Source: Cyclobacteriaceae bacterium
Lineage (GTDB): Bacteria > Bacteroidota > Bacteroidia > Cytophagales > Cyclobacteriaceae
Direction of reading: 5' to 3'
DNA length: 32,000 nucleotides
Assembly: GCA_027533395.1 (NCBI GenBank)
Contig: JAPZUF010000004.1
Location: 205,304 to 237,303 of the forward strand
Made by a program: the position numbers and the translations under genes
Notes under the pieces: model-generated
Database searches by the model: none
Told to the model about the DNA's origin: nothing
The model's input: the letters and a program-made list of their open reading frames with translations, nothing else
In this document: piece by piece, positions 15,715 to 23,025 of the stretch
How the letters are laid out: the number at the start of each line of letters is the position of its first letter
How positions within the stretch are numbered: position 1 is the first letter of the stretch

Positions 15715-16854
15715 ATGCTTAATCGTCATAGTCTCCGAGTGAAAACCATGCAAAGTCTTTTTGCTTTACACCAATGTAAAGAAGCCAACTATGGTCTTTG
15801 CCACACCATCATCTCTCAAAGATTTTCACCAGACCTGAACTCGATGGAAGTTCAGAACAAAGAATTACTTAAAGAACAAAAACAAGTTGCTGTAAAATTT
15901 TTTGATGAATCCTTTGCTGCCGGCTTAGGGAAAGTTACCCATGCCGATGCAAAAATTGAAAAGGTAGTAAACGAATCGTTAGATTATTACTTTAAACAAA
16001 GCAAGAAGGACACGGATAACATGCGCAAGAACTTAGTTCAAAATGCTGAAGAGATCTATGAATACTACATTTTGGTTCTAAGTTTGGGCAGTGCCATCGC
16101 AGAAGCAGCAGCTGCGGATAAAAAATTATCGCACACAAGTTTTTTAAATAATTCCTGGATAAAAGGATTGCAAAACAGTGAAGCTTTAAAGAAAGATTCA
16201 CTCAAACTCAACAGACACTGGAATGATAAAGCAGACCGTGTACGCGTTTGGTTTAAAGATGTAATCCGCCAAGACGATTTGTATCTCGAATCACTCGACA
16301 GAAAATCTCCTTCTTTAGAAGATCAGAAAAAACTAATCATCCATATTTTTAAAAAATTAGTTTTAGGACAAACCATCATCAACGATTTCTTTGAAGAAGA
16401 AGTATTGCATTGGGCAGAAGATAAAGATATTGTAAAAGGTATGGTTGAAAAGACTTTGAAGAACTACGATCCTTCTAAGCAAAATCAACTTGGTTTAATG
16501 ACATTATCTGTAGATTGGGAAGATGATAAGAACTTTATCGTTCGGCTATATGATTACGCAGCTGATTTACCTGCTAATTTCAAGCAATTGATTGCTGATA
16601 ATACCCGCAATTGGGAGGTGGATCGTTTGCCTTTAACAGACCGTGTAATATTAGAAATGGCAATTGCTGAATTGATCTGTTTCCCAGGCATACCGGTAAA
16701 AGTAACCATCAATGAATACATTGAATTAGCAAAAGGATACAGCACACCCAAAAGCCGTCAGTTTATCAATGGTATTTTAGATGTGATTGCCAAAGCCTTG
16801 CAAGACACGGGTGCGGTTAAAAAATCAGGCCGAGGTCTGATTGATAACAAATAG
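15715..16854 (+). CDS. nusB: Transcription antitermination factor NusB, expanded Bacteroidota-type
   Basis: The N-terminus LNRHSLRVKTMQSLFAL and the C-terminus DRLPLTDRVILEMAIAELICFPGIPVKVTINEYIELAKGYSTPKSRQFINGILDVIAK are NusB hallmarks. The start ATG at 15715 lies 25 nt downstream of the -7 box TAATTTTG (15683-15690). The track start at 15688 is a TTG inside that box. Confidence 0.85.
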   Translation: MLNRHSLRVKTMQSLFALHQCKEANYGLCHTIISQRFSPDLNSMEVQNKELLKEQKQVAVKFFDESFAAGLGKVTHADAKIEKVVNESLDYYFKQSKKDTDNMRKNLVQNAEEIYEYYILVLSLGSAIAEAAAADKKLSHTSFLNNSWIKGLQNSEALKKDSLKLNRHWNDKADRVRVWFKDVIRQDDLYLESLDRKSPSLEDQKKLIIHIFKKLVLGQTIINDFFEEEVLHWAEDKDIVKGMVEKTLKNYDPSKQNQLGLMTLSVDWEDDKNFIVRLYDYAADLPANFKQLIADNTRNWEVDRLPLTDRVILEMAIAELICFPGIPVKVTINEYIELAKGYSTPKSRQFINGILDVIAKALQDTGAVKKSGRGLIDNK

Positions 16855-16905
16855 TATTTTTTAATTGAAGAGACTTTAGTATATTCAATATCTAATTTTA
16901 AAAAG

Positions 16906-17664
16906 ATGTTGTGTAGAATTACTATTTCTCTCGCCTGTTTTACCTTTTCTGTTTCAACGACTTATTCTCAAACTCAGAGTCAATCGAAAGAGCCGGATTA
17001 TTGGCACAATAGAAATGTATTGGAGAGAATGGGGACAAGTAATTTAACAAGTGGTAATATTCCCACACTTACTAAAAACACAGCCGAAATAAAGGGTGAT
17101 GTTTACCTTACTAATTATTTCAGTCCTTCCGTTTTTAGGTTATATAAAAATGAACAAATAGTAGAAGGATTAGATGCCAAACTTGATATAAAGAAAAACG
17201 AGTTTGATGTTAGAACTGCGAATGGCATAATGGCTTTGGATGGAACTAAAGTTAAAGATTTAGTTATGCAAGACAGTCTTACTAAAGAGAACCGCTTCTT
17301 TATAAACGCAAAGGATTTTCCGACAGAAAACGGTGCGCCACTTTTAGGTTTCTATGAAATTATTTCTTCTGGTTCCGTGCCACTCGTTAAACACAATAAA
17401 TTAGTAGTTAAAACAGATTATCACCCAACACTCATACAGGGAGGCAAGGAGTTTTCGTATATCCACAAATCACAGTATTACTTTATCGACAAAGGAATAG
17501 TAAAGGAAATACCACCTAAGAAAAAAAGAATTGAAATGTTTCAGTCCATGACAAACGAAATGGTAGAATTTACCAAAAACAATAAAATCGATTTAGGTAA
17601 AGATCATCACATTATTGTTGCCTTCGACTATTATAATAAACTATTGAGTGAAAGTAATAAATAA
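16906..17664 (+). CDS. Hypothetical secreted protein
   Basis: 252-aa ORF with an N-terminal signal-like segment (ISLACFTFSVSTTYSQ). No family recognised. Confidence 0.55.
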   Translation: MLCRITISLACFTFSVSTTYSQTQSQSKEPDYWHNRNVLERMGTSNLTSGNIPTLTKNTAEIKGDVYLTNYFSPSVFRLYKNEQIVEGLDAKLDIKKNEFDVRTANGIMALDGTKVKDLVMQDSLTKENRFFINAKDFPTENGAPLLGFYEIISSGSVPLVKHNKLVVKTDYHPTLIQGGKEFSYIHKSQYYFIDKGIVKEIPPKKKRIEMFQSMTNEMVEFTKNNKIDLGKDHHIIVAFDYYNKLLSESNK

Positions 17665-17667
17665 AAC

Positions 17668-19041
17668 TTATAACAACTCAATGATTTCCTCTGCTTTTTT
17701 CTCAGACAAATAGGTATTCAACAAGTTTTGAATAGTTGGTGTTTCAGCACCTTTTTGAATATATGGATAGATGTCTAATAAATTTTTAAAATCGATATCT
17801 TCCGGTAAAAATCCGTGACCAACATATACACCTGCGTTAACTATAACAAAACTTTTTTCGCCCATATTTCTTCCTTTACCTACAATTGCAAAAGCTTGCT
17901 GCGGAGGTTTTAATTCCTTTAGCATTTTATTTACCCGCTTATTGTATTTGGCAGGCGATTCTATTTCCATACAGGCACCTTTGCATTCGCCAGTTTGATG
18001 ATGAAAACATAATCCCTTTGTTTGTTGCAAACCGCAAAGTTTAGGACATAAAGAAAAAGAATTTACTTTTTCCCATAATAAATTCCAAACATCTCCTTTG
18101 GTACTGAGCTTTACCAAAGGTCTTGAACCCTTTAACACAACGTTTACAGAAAAGCGGATATAACTGTTTCTATCTTCGTACATGTAAATGCCCCACTCTT
18201 CAGTTTTATATTTTTGAGCCTGATTATACTTAGGCCACAATCTTCTTATCTCTTGCGATTCTACAATTAGCGCGAGTAAATCATTACCAGTTAACTGATA
18301 TTGAATGTGATGAATTTCATTTCTGATGTTGAGTTTACTCCATTCTCGTGCTTCACCTGAAAAATGACCCGCAATTCTTTTCTTAATATTAGTTGCTTTG
18401 CCTACATAAATCACTTGCTTGCGCGCATTTAAAAAATAGTAAACCCCGGGTTTAGCTGGCAGTCTATCAAATTCACTTTTTTCTAAGTTCGGTGGCAAAA
18501 TGGTTTCTCCACTATTGCGCTTTAAAGCTTTGATGATTACACCTTGTTGGTCGCGCCTTAATAACGTATCGAAAACTTTTACAGTTGCTAGGGCGTCACC
18601 TTCTGCACGATGGCGGTTATTAATTTGTATGCCGAGGCTTTCGGCTAAGTTGCCTAAACTATACGAACGCAAACCCGGAATAATTTTTCGGCTTAAGCGA
18701 ACGGTACATAATTTTTTTGTCTGCCAACGTATGCCCACTTGTTCTAATTCTTTCTTTAAAAAAGAATAATCGAAATGAGCGTTATGCGCTACAAAAATCT
18801 TGTCTTTTAACCGATCAAAAATTTCATCGGCTACGTCTGCAAAACGAGGCGCAGTGGCTACCATCTCGTTGGTGATGCCTGTTAAACCTGTAATATAGGA
18901 TGGAATGTTTCGCTCCGGATTAATCAACGTTCTATATACTTCTCCGGCTTGTATGCCATCGTGCCAGGCAATGGCAATTTCTGTGATGCGATGGTTTTCC
19001 GCATAGCCACCAGTAGTTTCAATATCTACAATCGCATACAT
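17668..19041 (-). CDS. DnaQ-like 3'-5' exonuclease fused to a GIY-YIG (UvrC N-terminal/Cho-like) nuclease domain
   Basis: Exonuclease motifs: Exo I IVDIETTG, Exo II AHNAHFDYSFL, Exo III HRAEGDA. GIY-YIG motifs: PGVYYFLN...VIYVGKATNIKKRI and ESQEIRRLWPKYNQ. Downstream Cys cluster: CPKLCGLQQTKGLCFHHQTGECKGAC. Confidence 0.85.
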   Translation of the reverse strand: MYAIVDIETTGGYAENHRITEIAIAWHDGIQAGEVYRTLINPERNIPSYITGLTGITNEMVATAPRFADVADEIFDRLKDKIFVAHNAHFDYSFLKKELEQVGIRWQTKKLCTVRLSRKIIPGLRSYSLGNLAESLGIQINNRHRAEGDALATVKVFDTLLRRDQQGVIIKALKRNSGETILPPNLEKSEFDRLPAKPGVYYFLNARKQVIYVGKATNIKKRIAGHFSGEAREWSKLNIRNEIHHIQYQLTGNDLLALIVESQEIRRLWPKYNQAQKYKTEEWGIYMYEDRNSYIRFSVNVVLKGSRPLVKLSTKGDVWNLLWEKVNSFSLCPKLCGLQQTKGLCFHHQTGECKGACMEIESPAKYNKRVNKMLKELKPPQQAFAIVGKGRNMGEKSFVIVNAGVYVGHGFLPEDIDFKNLLDIYPYIQKGAETPTIQNLLNTYLSEKKAEEIIELL

Positions 19042-19107
19042 GTTGCTAATTTATAGTAAAACAAATGAAGCAATTGCACATCACAACAAAAAGTTGAACT
19101 TTACTGT

Positions 19108-19467
19108 ATGAATTCTATCATCCGATTTTTATTAACCGGTTTAGCAGTTGTGTTAACGGCTTATTTACTGCCGGGGGTGCATGTTACAGGGTATGTAGAT
19201 GCACTTTGGGTAGCATTGGTGTTAACGCTGGTGAATATATTGGTAAAACCCTTGCTGATTATTTTTACAATTCCCATCACCTTTATGACATTGGGTTTAT
19301 TCTTGCTTGTAATAAATGCCTTGATGATTTTGCTAACAGATTACTTTGTGGATGGTTTTGAAGTAGATGGATTTTGGTATGCCTTATTTTTTAGCTTGAT
19401 TTTATCTTTATTCACAAGTATGTTATTTGATATTACAGGGGTGAATAAAAAGAAAGACCAACGGTAA
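19108..19467 (+). CDS. Small integral membrane protein of the phage-holin-4-2/DUF360 (YvlD-like) family
   Basis: 119-aa ORF with four hydrophobic segments. VNILVKPLLIIFTIPITFMTLGLFLLVINALMILL is typical of the family. Confidence 0.7.
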   Translation: MNSIIRFLLTGLAVVLTAYLLPGVHVTGYVDALWVALVLTLVNILVKPLLIIFTIPITFMTLGLFLLVINALMILLTDYFVDGFEVDGFWYALFFSLILSLFTSMLFDITGVNKKKDQR

Positions 19468-19513
19468 TGGTGACTTTACTATTCTAATTCAATAATATTT
19501 ACTTAAAATGAAT

Positions 19514-19539
19514 TAGTCCACAATGTAAATCGTGGACTA
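19514..19539. terminator. Palindromic hairpin terminator, copy B of the repeated element at 4754-4779
   Basis: TAGTCCAC-AATGTAAATC-GTGGACTA, extendable to AATTAGTCCAC...GTGGACTAATT (19511-19542), then TTTAG. It sits between convergent genes and is 21/26 identical to copy A. Confidence 0.6.
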
Positions 19540-19574
19540 ATTTTAGAATTTAGAATATCGTATAAGGAAATTTT

Positions 19575-19964
19575 TTAATCCTCCTTTTGTTCACAGGGTT
19601 CAACAAAACGAACATTGTGCTGCTTAGCGCCTGCATAATCTACCATGGCTAAACACTGTATGCCATCAGTATTAAAATTTTCCGGATTGATTTCTACGTA
19701 CGCATTTTCTTTGTTACCAGCATCAACAGATGCATCAGTTGGTTTCACTTCGATGTATGCAAGAAACACATTTTGTTCATCGCCTACATTTTCTCCTAAA
19801 TGATAGAATGCAGGGTCTTTAATTTGTAATACAGCTGTGCCACAAATGCTGCGTAATACACTTACGTTTACACACGTGCCATTAGATTTGTTTATCACTT
19901 CTTGCTGGCAGGTAAAAGCAAAAAGGAAAACACTTAAAAAAAGAACAGATGAGGTGGTTTTCAT
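19575..19964 (-). CDS. Hypothetical lipoprotein
   Basis: 129-aa ORF with a signal peptide and lipobox-like FAFTC. Four further Cys residues. No family recognised. Confidence 0.55.
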   Translation of the reverse strand: MKTTSSVLFLSVFLFAFTCQQEVINKSNGTCVNVSVLRSICGTAVLQIKDPAFYHLGENVGDEQNVFLAYIEVKPTDASVDAGNKENAYVEINPENFNTDGIQCLAMVDYAGAKQHNVRFVEPCEQKED

Positions 19965-20035
19965 ACAGATTAATTTTTCAGTTAGACACAGGCAGTGTGT
20001 AATGGGTTGTAACCAGAAAAATTATTTTTAAATAA

Positions 20036-20782
20036 TTAAGAATTATTCCACTCGTAAATTTTATCTGCAATCTCACTTAATAAGGCCGGATCTTTTTCTA
20101 AAGCATTGCCAATTACAATACAATCGGCCCCGGCTTCTAATGCAGTTAATGCCTTATGTGCAGAATTAATGCCGCCTCCCACCAACAACGGGCAATCAAT
20201 AGATTTGCGCACGCTATTAATCATTTTTGCAGATACAGGTTGCTCTGCTCCGCTGCCGGCATCCAGGTACATCATGCGAAGACCTAACATTTCTCCTGCC
20301 ATGGCCGTGCAAGCTGCTAAAGAATATTTTTCTTCAGGCAAAGGAGTAGTGTTGCTCATGTATGCAACAGAGGTAATCTTACCGGAATTGATGAGCATGT
20401 AACCCGTTGGAATTACTTCTAATTTTGTATTTTTTAAAATAGGTGCAGCAATAACATGTTGCCCAATAAGTAACTCTGGATTTCTTCCAGAGATTAGCGA
20501 CAAAAATAGAATTCCATCGGCACTGGGTTCTATTTGCATAGTATTTCCCGGAAAGAGTACAACAGGAATGTTTACACTTTGCTTGATTTGTTTTACAACT
20601 TCGTGCAAATTGGTGGTGGTGATTAAGCTACCACCTACAAAAAAATAATCAACTAAGTTTTCGCTGGCTAAGTTTATTAGATGTTGCAAGCGCAAACCAT
20701 CATCAACCTTATCAGGGTCTATAAGGACAGCAACTGATTTGTGCCCTTTGGCTTTTTTTTCCTGAAACGACTTATAGATCAT
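20036..20782 (-). CDS. pcrB: Geranylgeranylglyceryl phosphate synthase family protein (GGGPS/PcrB, TIM barrel)
   Basis: 248-aa ORF. DYFFVGGS, VVLFPGN, MMYLDAGSGAEQPV and LLVGGGI match the GGGPS/PcrB family pattern seen in Bacteroidota group II enzymes. Confidence 0.8.
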   Translation of the reverse strand: MIYKSFQEKKAKGHKSVAVLIDPDKVDDGLRLQHLINLASENLVDYFFVGGSLITTTNLHEVVKQIKQSVNIPVVLFPGNTMQIEPSADGILFLSLISGRNPELLIGQHVIAAPILKNTKLEVIPTGYMLINSGKITSVAYMSNTTPLPEEKYSLAACTAMAGEMLGLRMMYLDAGSGAEQPVSAKMINSVRKSIDCPLLVGGGINSAHKALTALEAGADCIVIGNALEKDPALLSEIADKIYEWNNS

Positions 20783-21167
20783 CGTTAGGTGTATTTTCTT
20801 TCTTCGCTAAATATTCGCCTACTTTTTCTTTCGCTATTGCTAAAAGAAAAACAGCAGCTTGGCTCGCCAACACTGTTCCAATTTTTGTTATGGTTTGGCT
20901 AATAGCAGATGGCTCATCTGTTTCCACTTCGCTTTCTTCGCCTTCAGCTTTTGCTCTGCTTACTTTTTTCTTCTTACCTTTTTTATCCGAAACAAGGGTA
21001 TAGATTAAATACGTGGCGGCTAAAACACCACCAACAATCAAGGCTGTCTTAATAATTTTTTCTGTGCGCTCCGACACAACTTTTACCTCTCCATGCAATG
21101 CTTCTTTTTGCTGCGCTGCTTTACGAAGCAATACTGTTTTAGGATCTGTTTCTTCCAATAATTCCAT
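20772..21167 (-). CDS. Hypothetical small membrane-anchored protein
   Basis: 131-aa ORF with two hydrophobic segments flanking a K/E-rich linker. Its stop overlaps the GGGPS start by 11 nt. Confidence 0.55.
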   Translation of the reverse strand: MELLEETDPKTVLLRKAAQQKEALHGEVKVVSERTEKIIKTALIVGGVLAATYLIYTLVSDKKGKKKKVSRAKAEGEESEVETDEPSAISQTITKIGTVLASQAAVFLLAIAKEKVGEYLAKKENTPNDDL

Positions 21168-21168
21168 A

Positions 21169-21516
21169 TCAATCGTTGAGCTTTTCTTTTAACTTTTCTT
21201 CAAGTGCTGCACTAACGGTTTGGCGCAAAGCCAATACGATAATTAACATTAAAAAATAAAATAGTGCAACTGCCCCAAATCCCATCACATAACCCCAAAA
21301 TGTAGCTAACCACAAGGCTAAGGTTACGCTAATAAAAATGATGAATAGGCTAAAGGCCATCAACACAACTAGCATAATCGTGATGCGGGCTATTGCTTTT
21401 GCTATTTCTTCTTTGACTTCTAGTTTTACTAACTCTAAGCGCGTTTCAACATAATCTGTTAAATTATTTACCAGATTATCCAGCCGAAATAATTTTAAGA
21501 TGGATTCTTTCCACAT
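21169..21516 (-). CDS. Holin-X-like (holin superfamily III, PF07332-type) small membrane protein
   Basis: MWKESILKLFRLDNLVNNLTDYVETRLELVKLEVKEE followed by two TM segments. The start is uncertain: alternatives at 21543 or 21576 are in frame, and 21576 would overlap purN by 14 nt. Confidence 0.6.
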   Translation of the reverse strand: MWKESILKLFRLDNLVNNLTDYVETRLELVKLEVKEEIAKAIARITIMLVVLMAFSLFIIFISVTLALWLATFWGYVMGFGAVALFYFLMLIIVLALRQTVSAALEEKLKEKLND

Positions 21517-21562
21517 AATGGCAAGATATAAAATTTGTGGCATCTGTTGAAGCAAAAAGTAC

Positions 21563-22138
21563 CTAAGAATGCCCAACCCAATCTGCTATAACTCGCGGAT
21601 AGTGTTTGTGTTCTAGTTGTAAAACTTTCTTCGCTAAAGTTTCGGCTGAGTCATTCGTTTCAATAGCACATTTAACCTGAAGCAAGATTTCTCCATCATC
21701 AAAATGTTCGTTAACCAAATGGATGGTTAATCCGCTTTCGTTTTCCTTTGCTGTTATTACAGCGCGATGTACATGCATACCATACATGCCTTTGCCTCCA
21801 AATTTGGGTAAAAGAGAAGGATGAATATTAATGATTTTATCGGGATAGGCTTTGATTAAGTAATCGGGAACCAATAATAAAAATCCTGCTAAAACTATGT
21901 GTGAAATACCGTGGCTTTGCAAGATTTGCAATACCGCTCTGCTTTGGTAAAATGCTTCTTTATTAATGAGTAAGGATTTAACATCAAACTGTTTTGCTTT
22001 TTCTATCACTCCGGCATTTTCTTTATTGCTGATGATTAATGCCACTTCTATTATTGCATGATGTTCAAAAAACTTCATGATGGCTTCGGCATTACTGCCA
22101 GAACCCGAAGCGAAAATGGCTAAACGAAATGGCTTCAT
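21563..22138 (-). CDS. purN: Phosphoribosylglycinamide formyltransferase
   Basis: 191-aa ORF with AIFASGSGSN, NIHPSLLPKFGG and HLVNEHFDDGEIL motifs. Confidence 0.9.
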   Translation of the reverse strand: MKPFRLAIFASGSGSNAEAIMKFFEHHAIIEVALIISNKENAGVIEKAKQFDVKSLLINKEAFYQSRAVLQILQSHGISHIVLAGFLLLVPDYLIKAYPDKIINIHPSLLPKFGGKGMYGMHVHRAVITAKENESGLTIHLVNEHFDDGEILLQVKCAIETNDSAETLAKKVLQLEHKHYPRVIADWVGHS

Positions 22139-22983
22139 ACTTGTGCCGGCAAAAATAACATGCTGATGATGCCCAGCAACATAATAATTTTACTGAGGTT
22201 GCTCAACCACCTGAAATCTTTTACCGTATCAGCTCTGTGCAAACGCAATGCAAACCAGGCTAAAGGCAAAAACAAAAACGACATAAAATAAACAGATGGA
22301 AGGATAGTGAAGTAACTATCTAATACTAAAACAATCAATACGAATACAACTAAAACAGTATACAAAAAGAATTTAGTTTTTCTAATGCCCCATAAAATCG
22401 GCAAGGTTTTACAGCCGAAGGTGATATCACCCTTTAAATCTTCCATATCTTTTACAACCTCGCGCACTAACGAAATAAAGAAAGCGAATAAGGCATAGAT
22501 TAAAATTAAGTTGAAGTTGGTTTTGTAATAAACTGCAATAATAAAAACTGAAAGTGACGTTAGAAAGGCAATCACCACGTTACCAATAAGCGGCAAACGT
22601 TTTAAGCTATTGGAATAGAGCCAAAGCATAAAAGCTGAAAAGAAATGGATAACCCCAATTTGCCACGACAAATAAAAACCAATTGCAATTCCACTAACAG
22701 AAAACAAAGTGTGGAATAATATAGCAAACCTGCGCGGAATGATTTTCCCGATAACAACTCGTTCAGGTTTATTGATGTAATCAATTTTGATATCGTAATA
22801 ATCATTGATGATGTACCCCGCTGCCGCGATGATGATGGTTGAACTACTCAACAACCAAAGCGAAAAAGTTTGCCAGGTATGCGAGCCAACCAAAAAGAAA
22901 GCTGTTGCAGTTTGTGCAAATCCGATAATGAGCAGATTGCCAAAACGGGTGAGCCGCAGCATTGCAGAAAAAAAGGATGCCAT
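22135..22983 (-). CDS. UbiA-family prenyltransferase (digeranylgeranylglyceryl-phosphate-synthase-like)
   Basis: 282-aa ORF, polytopic membrane protein. First Asp-rich motif GYIINDYYDIKID and second motif VVKDMEDLKGD. Its stop overlaps the purN start (ATGA). Confidence 0.8.
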   Translation of the reverse strand: MASFFSAMLRLTRFGNLLIIGFAQTATAFFLVGSHTWQTFSLWLLSSSTIIIAAAGYIINDYYDIKIDYINKPERVVIGKIIPRRFAILFHTLFSVSGIAIGFYLSWQIGVIHFFSAFMLWLYSNSLKRLPLIGNVVIAFLTSLSVFIIAVYYKTNFNLILIYALFAFFISLVREVVKDMEDLKGDITFGCKTLPILWGIRKTKFFLYTVLVVFVLIVLVLDSYFTILPSVYFMSFLFLPLAWFALRLHRADTVKDFRWLSNLSKIIMLLGIISMLFLPAQV

Positions 22984-23025
22984 CGTTCAAAGATAGCATC
23001 CCAAAAGTGACGAATGCAGTTTATA

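Noticed and set aside
19108-21576. A prophage or lysis cassette, suggested by the two holin-family genes.
   Set aside because: No endolysin, structural, terminase or integrase genes and no att-like repeats are present. The neighbours are core metabolic genes (purN, GGGPS).
22988-22995. A TATCTTTG -7-like box immediately upstream of the UbiA-like ATG, as an independent promoter.
   Set aside because: It ends only 5 nt from the ATG at 22983 and has no properly spaced -33 TTTG. It could imply a leaderless transcript or a downstream start (M8 at 22962), but the evidence is too thin to list it as a feature.
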